Below are positions 24,641 to 36,400 of a DNA stretch of 64,000 nucleotides, one piece after another; the stretch's first letter is position 1, and each line of letters starts with the position of its first letter. The DNA is from Lama glama. Its lineage: Eukaryota. The notes under the pieces were generated by a model that saw only the letters and a program-made list of their open reading frames with translations, was not told where the DNA came from and searched no databases. Position numbers and translations under genes: made by a program. Location of the stretch: the NCBI GenBank assembly GCA_028534125.1, contig CM052824.1, positions 42,656,001 to 42,720,000 of the forward strand, given 5' to 3'.

Positions 24641-25877
24641 GTGGCCAGCAGGGTGCAGGCTGCACCTGCTCCTCTCTCTGCAGGAAGCACCTCCCACCAG
24701 GCCTTTCCCCCCACCCCTCATCCACTTCCCAGCCTCCCCCCAGGACCCCCACCACCACAGCTTCCCCATGTCTGGCATTTGATGTCTTATCACTGTTTCC
24801 TTCACAACAATTTTCAGGCTAAGTGACAATTTTATTTATTTGATCTGTTTTTGAGCTGCTTTCTCAACTGCTCCTGAGACCTCCTGCCAGTCTTGTTCAA
24901 GGTTGTGTCCTGGTGCTCAGCACAGAGTCTGGCATCTAGAGGAGCCTAATTCGTACCTGCTGGATGAAGGGCTGGATGAGGAGTGGGACTGGGTTGTATC
25001 AGTCAAAATGAATGAAGTAACAAATAGCCCCAACTCCCAGTGGGCTCAGTTAATAAGAGGCGGTTCCTCTTCTGTGAAAAGTCCAAGCAGAGGAGCCTGG
25101 TTGGGATTCTCTCTGGGCAGAGGCATCTCCCAGCAGTGATGGAGGATCCAGTCTCCACCCACCTGGGAGGCCAGCATCGCCTCGCCTGGCCTCTGAGCTC
25201 TTGAAAGGGAGGCACGGGAAGAGGAGGCTCCCTGACCTCCCAGTCTCACTGGGCTCCAGGACTCCTTCTCTGAGTTTACCACAAGGGCTGACCCGTCCAC
25301 AGCTAGCTGTGCTGAGGGTTCCACACTTAAAGCAGCTCAGCCTGGATAAGGATCCTGGCTCTGCCCTTCTGTGGCCTTAGAAAGCCCCCGGGATCTGGCT
25401 TCTGGCCACTGAACTATCGTGATTTCTCTTGCTGGTTCCTCTACCTGGAACATTCTTTCTCTTCCTCTTTCTTTGCCCAGCTTCAATCCTCCTCCTGTGA
25501 TCTCAGCTTGGAACCTCCTCTGGGAAAACTTCTCAGACTCTCCCCGACCCCAGTTTGTGCTAGTCTGCCCTGGTCCCTGATCCCCTGGTCCCCTGCTCCC
25601 ACTGGCAGGAATCGTCCCCTAGCGTTCTCATTCATTTGCACATCAGTCTCCCGCCTTTGGCTTCCCCAGGGCAGGATTGACTCTACCTGAGTCACAACCA
25701 CGTTCCCAGTGCCAGTCAGTGTCCAGTGCACAGGGATGCCCTATCAAGAGGGAAGGAACAAAAGAATGAGCCAAGGGAGTTCTCACAGCCTCAGTGTCCT
25801 CATCTGAAAAATGGGCCTAATATCTCTGCTCACAGAGTGGCTTCAAGGATCTGATGCTATCAGGGGAATGAGGTAGG

Positions 25878-26370
25878 TTGTTCACAAAGATGTCTGCAGT
25901 TATTCTCCATGCTGTCCTGTATTCAGATCCCCTGCAATGTGTCTTTCCATGTGACCTGATGTCTCCCTCCCATTGCAACGTGGAGCCTTTTTTCCTATCC
26001 CTTAAATCCAGCCCAGTCTTATGACCTGCTCTGCCAAGAGAATGTACAAAAGCAGCATCGTGCCACTTAAACACAGACCTCAAGAGACTGCGTGCTTCTC
26101 CCTCTCCCTACAGGAGCCCATGGCCTCCGTGTGAGGAAGGCCATGCCCAGCCACGTGGATCAGAGCCACATCAGTCCATCAGCATCCGCAGAAGCTCCAA
26201 GCTCAGGACTCAGCCCCCCCGAAACCAGCAAACCTACCCCATGCTGACTGCCTGCTGTCTGCACACACACCAGCTAGGTGGTCCCAGGCCAGCCAGGCTC
26301 AGCTGGTCCCCAGACGCGTGGGCAAGATCAGTGCTTCTTGTGTGAGGGCTCTAGACCTTGAGGCGGTGTC
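25878..26370 (+). mobile_element. MaLR LTR (MLT1F/G/H-like)
   Basis: gtggagcctttt...cccttaaatccagcccag...tgacctgctctgccaagagaatg; acctcaagagactg. Confidence 0.7.
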
Positions 26371-27864
26371 CCCATAAAAGCTCAGTGGTCGAACGGGCGC
26401 AGTGGCTAAACTTGGTTGCCTTTCAGCGTGTGTCCCTGCTTTCACTCTTTCCCGCAAGAGGCAATGAGAAAAATCGACCACAAGGGTTCCAGCGCACTGC
26501 CCGTAATAGAAAGGGAGCGGAGTTCTGGGTTTGGTCAGTGTGGAACCGCCACCTCAGGATGGATGAGGCTGGGAGATTGTCCTGCAATCCGAACACCAGG
26601 GAGTCAGAGGAGGAGGGCATGAAGCCCCCCTCTGTGCAGAGCCACTTCGAGAGGATAAAGGAAGCCTGACTTATCAGCCGAATTCACGATGTTGGCAGGA
26701 GGCGAAGATGCATTCTTAACAATTCAGCCTTGCAGACTCTCACCATTTATCTCAATAAACGCCGGGGTGACTCTTTTTCTCTCCCGGTTCTCTTACCGTG
26801 AAATGCTCAGGGAGTAGTGCAGTGAGAAGATGAAGGGTTGACATGCAGGAAAAACTCACATTCAGAGGTTTTGATAAAGTGCCGTCAGCTGCGCTTCATG
26901 CTGAGCTGAGCAGACTACTGGGGCCGAGCTGAGCCAGGCGGGAATGGGGTAGGGGGTGGCTCTGAAAGCCCTGGGGTGTAACAGTCCGGAAAGGGAAGGG
27001 GACAAATATTTAAGGCAGCCCACCGTTAGCCCCGGTGCCAGGGGCCCCTGCCCCCAGGCCCTACAGTGGAGAGCCCCGCTCCAGCAGTGCTCCGGCTAAG
27101 TACCACCCCACAGCTCCCCAGCCACGTACGGAGTCCCCCGGGCCCAGGAGGTGTGCCCCCCCTCCAGAGCCCATACCTCACCTCCTGTATCCTGCTCTGC
27201 CCTCCAGGCTCTTAGAGTTCCCACCCCAAATGCCCAAAGCCACTTTCAATCCTATGCAGGCCTCTCCCCGGCTCTCTCTTCCATGAGCAGCCCACACTGC
27301 CTACGTGAGCATTCCTAGGCCCACAGCGGTGGCCAAGGGGCCATCTGTTGTGAGACGGTGGGAGGGATGGGTGGATCTTGGATTTGCAGGCCATGACATC
27401 CCATGCAAGTCAGGCCCCGCTAGTTGAGGACAGAGCTGGGGGTGGACAGAGGAAGGGGCTGGGGGGCAACAGTGCGGTCCCCATACATACTCTGACTCTA
27501 AGTGATGGGTGGAGCCTGCCCTTTCCCACCCTCCCTGACAGCGTCCTTCTGCACTCTGGGTGGGCGGCATGACTCCCCCTCTCCTTGTAGATGGAAAGAG
27601 TAGGGCTCAATAGGGCGCCAGCCTGAGATCACACTCAGCCGGCTAAGGGCAGAGCCAGGGTTAGAATCCCCTCATCTACACCCAGACCTAGTACGTGGTG
27701 GTGGGCAGTTTAGCACAAAGGTCTGGAATATGAATGTGCACCAGCCTGTATGGGTGTGAACCCTGTGTCTTCCCCTGGCTGGGGGTGACCTCACACAAGT
27801 ACTTCCCCTCTTGGCGTCTCCGTCTCCTCAACTGTGACTTGGCTAATGATTCAGGTTCCCTGCC

Positions 27865-28219
27865 TGCCTTAGTCAGCTCAGCTGTTATAACAAAATGTCA
27901 TGGGCTCGGCAGCTTAGACTACAGACATTTATTTCTCAAAGTTCTGGAGGCTGGAAGGCCAAGGCCAAGGTGCTTCTTGGTGAGGCCCACTCCCTGGCCA
28001 CCATCTGGCTGTGTCCATACATGACCTCTTCTTTGTGTGAACAAGGAAAGGGGTCTCTGGTCTCTCTTCTTCTTATTATAAGGGCACTAATCCCATCATG
28101 GGGGGCTCCACCCTCATGACCTCACCTGAACCTGATTACCTCCCTAAGGCCCCATCACTTTGAGGGTTAGGATTTCAACATACGAATTTGGGGGAGACAA
28201 AAACATTCAGTCCAAAACG
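27865..28219 (-). mobile_element. MaLR LTR (MLT1A-like)
   Basis: cagacatttatttctcaaagttctggaggctgg; ggcactaatcccatcatggggg; ggatttcaacatacgaatttggggg...aacattcagtcca. Confidence 0.88.
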
Positions 28220-28459
28220 CAATCCCTTACCCCAAATTCCCAAATCCCTAAAATTCCCAAAAGAGAAAATTGGTTTGTTTTCTTTTTTCTCTTAAATTTG
28301 GTGTCAAAACTAATTTGATGGCAAAACCTGACTGAAACTAAGGTGCGGCTGTGTTTACTATATTTAAGCCACTCGACACTGAGGGCAGTTCTCCGGTTTG
28401 ATCACCGGGGTCTGCCCCAGGTCAGGTAGGGATTACGGGCTCACAGGGGCTGCCTCGGA

Positions 28460-28785
28460 GGATGTTCAAAAGCTTACAAGACAAATGGCACAGTTTCTGC
28501 AACAAATAAATTGGAAGGAAAAAATGAAGAGCACACGAAGGGGAAACTATTGATTAAAAGAGACATAAAGAGCTTATCAACCGGTCACCCCTTATCACCT
28601 TATCACCTTATCACCCCGGTCAACTGTATGTGAGTCCTGAGTCAAACAGACAAACTATCAAACGAAGATAAAAGCAAAACATCTTGAGACCTCTGTCTGG
28701 CTATTTGATGGAATTAAGGATTTATTATGCATTTGGGTAGGTATAATAATGGTATATTGGTTATAGTAAAAAAAAATAAATAAAT
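28460..28785 (+). mobile_element. Old L1 (L1MC4/5-like) 3' fragment
   Basis: gattaaaagagacataaagag; ataatggtatattggttata followed by an A-rich tract. Confidence 0.65.
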
Positions 28786-28789
28786 CAGA

Positions 28790-31100
28790 CTTGGATAGCA
28801 TAATAGCTTTGTGTCCCTAGTACCAGAAATGAATTAAAGCCACCACCTCCTCTGTCAGTCTTCGGCCGGCAGGGACTACGACTTTGTTACTCTTTCCATT
28901 TGTGACAAACAGGGTGCCTGGTTCTGAGTTAGAACTCTGTGAGTGTTTGCTCAGTGGTGGTTCATTGAGAACCAGTGACTCCCACAGGGGACACTCAACA
29001 CAGTGGGGTCTGGAATCTGGTGACCAAACTCTGACAGCTCAGTGACCTCCAGCCAGGGGTGGCCCCACCCTCACAGAACCCAGTGGCTTCAGGAGCTATG
29101 AGAGACCCACTGGTGACAATCAACAGTTGATGCATTAAAAAAGGTACTCTAAATAGCATTGTCTAAGGACTTCCTGGGTGTAGAAAGGGCATAACTGGTC
29201 ACAATAGTTGGCAGCTCCTCCCATCAACAGGTGGAGTCTATACCCTCTGACCTGGATTATGGGCTGGCCTTGCTGCTTGCCTTGGTCCGGAGAATGCAGC
29301 AGAATTGGCATCCTGCAGGTATGAAAGTGACAAGATGCCTGAGCAAAGTCTAGAAAAACTGGCCAGCAAATCATTAGGAGAGATGGGAAAGACACAGAGG
29401 AAACTCCAGCGGCAGGTCTGAAAATGATGATCCTGGTTATGTCATCACAGAACGACTGACAGGAACTTAGGAGACGGCAGGTGTACCTGATGAACCCTCA
29501 GACCTCGGCAAAGTGGTTGCCAGGCCGAATGGTGACAGCACCCCTTGGCATCTCATCTGTGACAAAGCACTAGGAGGCAGACAGGGGCTGAAGAAAGACC
29601 GTTCCGTCTGCAGGTCAAAGTTCAAGAAAATAGAATTGCCAGACTTTGCTGGATGGGAAAATCAGTTTTTCATCCTCAGTCTCCCCAATCTGTAAACGAT
29701 TTTCAGTGAAACAAGGCCTGTTGCCAAAGACTAAATCTAGGCTGAGGCTATAAGATCTTTTAAGACCAAAGACTTAAAGCAGCCACTCAGAGATCCTCTT
29801 AGCTAGAGAAAAGATGTTCTAAGATCCTCAGGGATACGATCCCACAGCAGCGGGACGCCTTCGTAGGGAGAGGCATGTCTTGAAAACAATCTTACATGGG
29901 CCTCTTGGCAGATGGAGTGGAGTGTAATCGGATGTGTAGAAAACCCCCCAAAAAGAGAGAGTGTGTTGTACCAGCAAAAGGGAATCTGGATTGGACCAAA
30001 GGGCCTGGGCCCCTGCGGCTCCAGAGGTGGGTAGTGGGCTGAAAAGGCACTTGGCTNNNNNNNNNNNNNNNNNNNNNNNNNNNNNNNNNNNNNNNNNNNN
30101 NNNNNNNNNNNNNNNNNNNNNNNNNNNNNNNNNNNNNNNNNNNNNNNNNNNNNNNNNNNNNNNNNNNNNNNNNNNNNNNNNNNNNNNNNNNNNNNNNNNN
30201 NNNNNNNNNNNNNNNNNNNNNNNNNNNNNNNNNNNNNNNNNNNNNNNNNNNNNNNNNNNNNNNNNNNNNNNNNNNNNNNNNNNNNNNNNNNNNNNNNNNN
30301 NNNNNNNNNNNNNNNNNNNNNNNNNNNNGCTATGCACGAAACCCCGCCCCAGAAGCAGGTCCTTTACAAATGGTTTAGCACCAGGTTCCCCACGAACGAA
30401 TGTGCGGTCCATGACGGGCGAGGGGGCGGCCGCCTTTCCAGCTGCGCCCCGTGTCCCAGGACAAAGGGGTCTCCAAACCGGACGGTGGTCCTAACGCGTG
30501 GCGGGGATGACAGGGGACCAGCTGTCCGAGGCCATTCGAGGCCAACCTAGGCTTCCGAGGCCAACCGAGGCTGCCACGGCGCCGCCATATCGTTCTGCCT
30601 GGGCGGGATTCTGACTTAGAGGCGTTCAGTCGTAATTCCACAGATGGTAGCTTCCCCGAACACAGGTGCTTCTTACTGAAAAGGAGGATCCAGAGGGTGG
30701 AGGCAGGCGCGTGGGGGTGAGTCAGAAACTTGGAGAAGAACATCCTAGGAACCCACTCCCAGGGGCAGACGGGGCCCAGCTGAGGACCATCCCTGATCCT
30801 GCAGAACTGGACAGTATTTGCCCACCAGGATGTCAGGATTGCCTGGACCAGTGCCTGCCACTCAGCTCTTTCCATCTTTTCATGAGAGGATTTATTACAG
30901 TTATCTTAACTGTACCTCAGTTTTATAATAGGTGTACAGAGAGGGGAGATGGTGAAATAACTTGTCACTTTAGCTTCTGGGTCTTTTGATCAAAAGAGCC
31001 GTCCTCAGGGAGCCTCAGCCACATACAGACCTGATTTGATTATGAGATCCAGGACGTCTTGACTTAGGCTATAATTGGATGAGATTTGGAGGGTCCTAGG
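28790..31100 (+). mobile_element. MaLR (MLT1) internal sequence with an LTR fragment near 29190-29330, interrupted by the 28S retrocopy
   Basis: gagaggcatgtcttgaaaac; ggagtggagtgtaatcggatgtgtagaaaaccc; gtcaggattgcctggaccagtg resemble the MLT1-int consensus on both sides of the insert. Confidence 0.65.
30329..30657 (-). pseudogene. 28S (LSU) rRNA 3'-end retrocopy / pseudogene (SINE28-like)
   Basis: The reverse complement reads gaagctaccatctgtgg..ctgaacgcctctaagtcagaatcccgcccaggc...aaaggcggccgccccctcgcccgtca...gttcgtggggaacctggtgctaaaccatt...acctgcttctggg.cggggtttcgtgcatagc, matching the mammalian 28S 3' terminal domain with many substitutions. Confidence 0.93.
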
Positions 31101-31269
31101 AAGCAGAGACTATTTCCCACCTCTTCCCACCCACAGAGGAAGTTCATTACTGCACCCCCTCCGCCAGCGTGAATGACTTTCACATCATTCTCCTTCCCAG
31201 CCTCTTATCGGAGGGAAAGACTGGTGTCAACTCATTTTACCCTCAGGGCATGCCGGGACAGTGGGGATC

Positions 31270-31380
31270 ATTATCGTTCCCATTTCACAGATGAGGAACC
31301 TGAAGGTCAAGAAATGGAGTTAGTTCCCCAAGGCCATGCAGTTGGGAAATAATTGTCAGGGCAAGATCCATGCTCAGCCA
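31270..31380 (-). mobile_element. MIR SINE
   Basis: cccatttcacagatgaggaacctgaagg. Confidence 0.75.
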
Positions 31381-32414
31381 AGCTGCCCTCCCTCCTCCAC
31401 CCGCCCCACCCCTGCCCCAGCACTTCCAGACCCCGCTGCCCTGAATGGGTCCCACACAGGCAGAGATATGTCTCCCTTCTGCCCTGGCTCCAGGTGGCCA
31501 GATGCCCCAGCTTACAGTTCTGGAACAGGGAGTGGAGCTGTCCCCTCCCCTAGGGAGCTGGCCAAGGCTGCCGTTTTCCAGGCCAGCCCTGATGCTGGAG
31601 TTTGAAGGCTGCCAAGTGCCCAAGGCTCCCGATATGTCCTTCCTCTTGTCCCCACAGGTCTGTTCTCACCCCCATTAGGAACAAATACATGAGAGATGGA
31701 GCTTCCATTATGAAGACTTGATAAAATGAGGTGAGCACCCGCCCATTCTTACATCGCTCTTCTCGGCACCTCCTAGGGACAGACTCCCTCCACATTCCCC
31801 TTTCTTAGGTCCCCAGGGGAAGCCACCCTCAGTCCCATGTCCCTGGGAGCCCCATGCTTTGAGCCAGGGATGGAAAAGGGGCAAAGATGAAGGGTGCCCC
31901 TGTCTCAAAGCAGACTAGGTGGCCCCTGTACAGGAGTGGGCTCTGTGCTTTAGTAACTTCTCATAAAGCCAAACAGTCTGTCATAGAAACTTTGCCATCT
32001 TCTCTAATTTCTCTGATGCTCGATTTAAACGCAGCCGTTTCCCAAAGGCCTCTGGGTATTTAGAGAAACGACACAACAATATGGCTCCGGACTGGTGTGC
32101 ATGTGGAACTGTGCTCTCCCTGGGGGCTGAGTGTGTTGCACATGTTTATTTGCAAACCAGAGAGGATCTCAGCTGTATGCGGGAGAGGAGGCGGCCACCC
32201 AAGGAAACACTAGGGCAATGGGAAATGTGACTTTAGTGCCTGCTATGAGCCAGGATGGAAACGTTTCACATACGTTTACTCATTTCACTCTCAGCCACCC
32301 CATGTGCTCCATGGAACAGAAGAGGAAGCTGAGGCCAGCGGCAGCTGAGTGGTTTGCCCAAAGTCACAAAGCTCTGCAAGGTTGGGCTCCTAACTCACTG
32401 CCTTGAGATCAGAG

Positions 32415-33760
32415 AGTCATTCAACAAACACTAAAAAGGCAGCTGCATATGCTCTTGGCACTGAGGGCGTTGCAGGGAATAGTCAGGACACTGTCCCTGC
32501 CCTGGGGAGGGAGGGGTGATTAACGCTCTAACCTGGATAGAGACATAAACAGCAAATGTCAGAGATGTGAGCCATGATGACAGGAAAACAAGATAAAGTG
32601 ACAGGAAGTGATGATGGGGTGGAGCATAGGGACACAATTGCATAGGTAGTTAGATGGCCCCTGGGAGGAGGTGACACTTGTGTGGAGACCTCAATGCCAT
32701 GAGAGGGTCAGGAGGAAGAGCACCCATGCCAAGGAAATAGGAAGTGCAAAGGCCCTGAGGCAGGAGTGAGGTCAGTGTATTTGAGAAACTGAACAAAGGT
32801 CATTGTGGTGGAAAAAGAGTGAGTGAGGGGCAGAGGGCAGAAGATGAGATCCGAGGGGCAGGCGGGGCAGATCTGGTTGGGGCCCAGGGGCCACATGTGC
32901 TGCTGTCCTCTGTGTGCCCTCCAGACTCCCTGCTCTGTGCCAGGGAGACTGACCTGCAGGGGCAGCATTGACAGGGCCCTGTGTTTCCCAGCCCCTGGTG
33001 TGTTGGGTCCTGGAGGCACCAGAGGAGACCAAGGACAGGAGAGAGGTCAGGTGTTCATTCCCCAGCTCGTCCTGTTGACCACCCATGGCAGTGGCTGCAT
33101 CTCTCTCCCATGGCCCCAGCTCCACCCGGCAGCCCCTCTCCCCTGGCTGCATCTCTCTGTGGGAGTCTCTAACAGCCCCCTCTTTTGGTCCCTTCTGGAC
33201 TGGGATGGACACAGCTCCCCACTCTTTCTTGCCCCCAGGTGCCTCACTTCCCCCTGGTTTCCTGTCTCCTGCCCACACTTCAGTGATTGTCCATCCATCA
33301 AACTCCCTTCAATTGCTCCCTCTTATGGACAGTCTGTTCCTGCCAGCACCTTTACCGTTACACTGTGACAAGCAGTTTGGATTTTACTCTAAGATACTAG
33401 AAGTTTCAAGTGTGGACAGGATTTAATTTTTGATTCAGCATTTTGCTACGATCTCCGTGCCTGCCATAGGGAAGGGTGGCAGTGAGACAGGAGTGGATGG
33501 GGGACACCTTGAGGGTCACTGCAGGATCCAGGAGAGTCTGATGGGGTTTGGTCTGAGGTGGAAGTAGTGGAGACAGCGCCCAGGTCAGGCGGGACAACAG
33601 TGCCAGGTCCTGAAGCCCCAGACAAGGGGGACTGGAGGCGGAGGCAGGGACAGGATTACAGGAGACCAGTCGCAGAGGGAGGGCTGCACTGGACTGAGTT
33701 TTCCAGGGTTTAGGAAGGAAGGACAGCATGGGGACAAGTGGGAGTCAAGAGCCCCTCATG
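32415..33760 (-). mobile_element. L2 3' region interrupted by an LTR33-like LTR
   Basis: tcattcaacaaacac start; gtgcaaaggccctgaggcagg; resumes at tttggattttactctaag after 33367. Confidence 0.8.
32896..33362 (+). mobile_element. ERVL LTR33-like solo LTR
   Basis: TG...CA ends; ccctgctctgtgccagggagactgacctg; gaggtcaggtgttcattcccc. Confidence 0.75.
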
Positions 33761-34659
33761 GTGGCCTACACTGGGGACATCAGGAAGCCACAGTCCCGCA
33801 GCAACCCACCCCAAAGCCTGCAGCTCTGTGAGGAGACATCAAAGCACTGAAAGAACTCCATAGTCCTCACTCTTCCCATCTTCCCAGTTGCTCTGTTGCC
33901 CCTTTCCCACTGGTGTGCCCCTCTGTCACCTCTTAATGAGGGGGCCAGACACCCAGGCCTGTCTGCCTCTGCAGGTCCTGCTGTCTCCTCTGAGCTGCGA
34001 CCAGGCGGGTGCTGGGCAACCTTGGGCGGTGAGAGGTGGAGATCCCAGTTATTACAGAGACCTTGGTCCTGGAGAAGGGGCATGTTGGCAGAAGGGAGGC
34101 AGGAAGCCCGCAAGGACAGACACTGGACCAGCCAGGTTCCCCTGGGAGCAGGACGCTCACCTGGGAGACCCAGGAATAGACACGCGGGGTGCACACGTGC
34201 GCGCTGGGCAGGCGGCAGCTCCGGCTCCGCAGCCTGTCAGCAGCGAGCATCATTAGAATCCTAAAAAAGCCCTCATTATTTCTCCCAGGGCCGAGATGCC
34301 CTTTAGCAAGAGGGGATGTTTCCTGCCAGATCGTCCCCTGAAGATGCGTTTGTCACAGGCTATTGTGTAAATCCATGTTTGGCCCACTTGAAAAGATGTG
34401 ATTTATCCACTTGACTAGCCTTAACGCTCCTGCTCCAGACCCTCTAAATGTGGCCGTTATTAGGAGCTGAGAGGGGAGCCATGAAACACGCCAGGGCGAG
34501 GCCGGAAAGGGCTCAGAGCCCCTCGTGCTGCGCAGGAGAATCGGAGGGGAGGGGGCGGGGCTCACGCTGATTGGGAGCTGTGGACACTCAGGGCATGGGT
34601 CTGTCCTTAAGAAGAGAACCTGGGAGATTGCATAAAGGCCCAATGTCGGTTCACTTATG

Positions 34660-35390
34660 TCACTAGTCTTTTTGAGGCCCTACTATGTGCCGGCCAGCCC
34701 AGGGGTGGGGGTGCAGCAGTGAACAGACAAGGTCCCTGCCCCTGGAAGCTGGTGTCTGGAGTGAGGAGACAGGAAGGAACAGGTAAACAGTCATCAGTCC
34801 AAGCATCCCAGGCGGGAGAAGCGCTGGGGAGAAAGCAAACATGAACAGAGTGATGTTAAAGCACCTGGCTCTGGGATGGGGGGTGGGTGACAGCCTTGGA
34901 CTGTGGGGACAAGGACTGCCTCTCTGAGAAGCGGACATTTGAGCCGAGACCTGAAGGATGAAGAGGAACAGATATTTGAGTATCAGAGGGAATAACTTGC
35001 CAGGCAGGAAAACGGGCCTGGGGCCAGGAGCAGAGACAATTATGGACAGAGGGGCAGGAAGGGGTGGGAAGAGGGAACTGCCCCAGGCTAGACTGTAATG
35101 CCCTCTGTCCTCCCCTTCCCCTGACCGTCCTCCTCATCTCTCAGGGCTCAGCTGAAATGCCCCTTCCCCCTTCCATGTGGGGGAATATAATGCACACTCT
35201 TGACTCTTGACCTTTTCTGCAACATTCAAGGTGAATGTCTGGTTCAGCTCTGCTTTCTGCTGGATACTAATACTCACGTGGGGAGACGGGGCCTGTCTCC
35301 AGCACAGCAGCTGCCCCAGCACCCAGCATAGTCCTGGCCCACATGGGCACTTGGGAAATGTTTGTTGAATGAATAAATGAATCCATCCGG
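34660..35390. mobile_element. Two L2 3' fragments in opposite orientation
   Basis: ctactatgtgcc...cagcagtgaacagacaaggtccctgccc (-); cctggcccacatgggcactt...tgtttgttgaatgaat (+). Confidence 0.75.
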
Positions 35391-35489
35391 TCCAACACGA
35401 TTTTCTCCTGCCCACTCCTAAATCCTCCTTTATTAATTATGGTTCTTATGAGGCTGCAGCCTGTTGTAATACCATCGTTCTGAGATGCT

Positions 35490-35738
35490 GAACTATTGGT
35501 ATGTCCTTGCAGCGGGCAGGCTTTTGGAGTGTCCCCAGCGATCCCCGGCACATGAGTAAGCTTTGAAGCAAATCAGATGCCTTGATTGTGGCTATGTGAG
35601 GATCTCGAGCCAGAGGCCTCCAGCTCAGTGGTGCCCAGACCCCTGACCCACAGAAACTAGGAAATAATTAATATGTGTTGTTTTAAGCTGCTATGTTTTG
35701 AGGTTGCATGTTATCCAGCAATAAATTACTAATATACA
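35490..35738 (+). mobile_element. MaLR LTR (MLT1E-like), partial
   Basis: cctgacccacagaaact...tgtgttgttttaagctgcta...atccagcaataaattactaatataca. Confidence 0.8.
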
Positions 35739-35969
35739 GTCATTCACTTGCTTAAAATTCCCTTATGGCTCCTCATTATCTTCAAGATAATTTTCAAAAT
35801 CTCCTTAAGTAGGATTGTCAACAGCTCAAAGTCACAGTCTTGTCCTAATTTTACATGTATCTTCTACATGTAGCACAGAATCTGTATTACAATAGCTGTA
35901 TATTATTTGTTTGTGGGTTGAAGGAAAGACAAGAGGAAAACTGAAATTCATGTTTTTTAAAAACTCCAT

Positions 35970-36400
35970 TATGTGTAGCCTTGCTGTTTGGGTGGGACTG
36001 ACCCTCCTGAGAATCTGAAGAGGGGCACGATTGGTCTAAGCCACTCAAGAATCACATTCATCTTGCCACAGCAACTGGTTCAGGGGTATTTAAATCAGTT
36101 CAAACCCTAACATTTTTGCTGAGGATTAAGGGACCACAATGTGCTCTGTCTTTTTGAATGGTTAGTGTGAGGACATGAAACTGAAACATGATATAGCCAT
36201 CCTGGGGCAAAAATCAACATATGAAGGTGGTTACAGTAGAGAACACTGTAAAAAACAAACCTGGCACCATGATCAAACCATTCCTGAAGCCCATATCTGT
36301 AACTTTTTAGTTCTGTGAGCCAGTTAACTCCCTCTATTGTTTTAGAAAGTTTGTGTTACATTTTCTGTTACTAGAAACTAAAAAGATCCCACTTGATATA
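35970..36400 (+). mobile_element. MaLR LTR (MLT1I/K-like)
   Basis: ttcctgaagccc...agttctgtgagccagt...ttttctgttactagaaactaaaaagatcc. Confidence 0.7.

Noticed and set aside
30329-30657. Functional rRNA gene or rDNA unit
   Set aside because: Only a short diverged 3' fragment with indels, with no 18S, 5.8S or ITS context.
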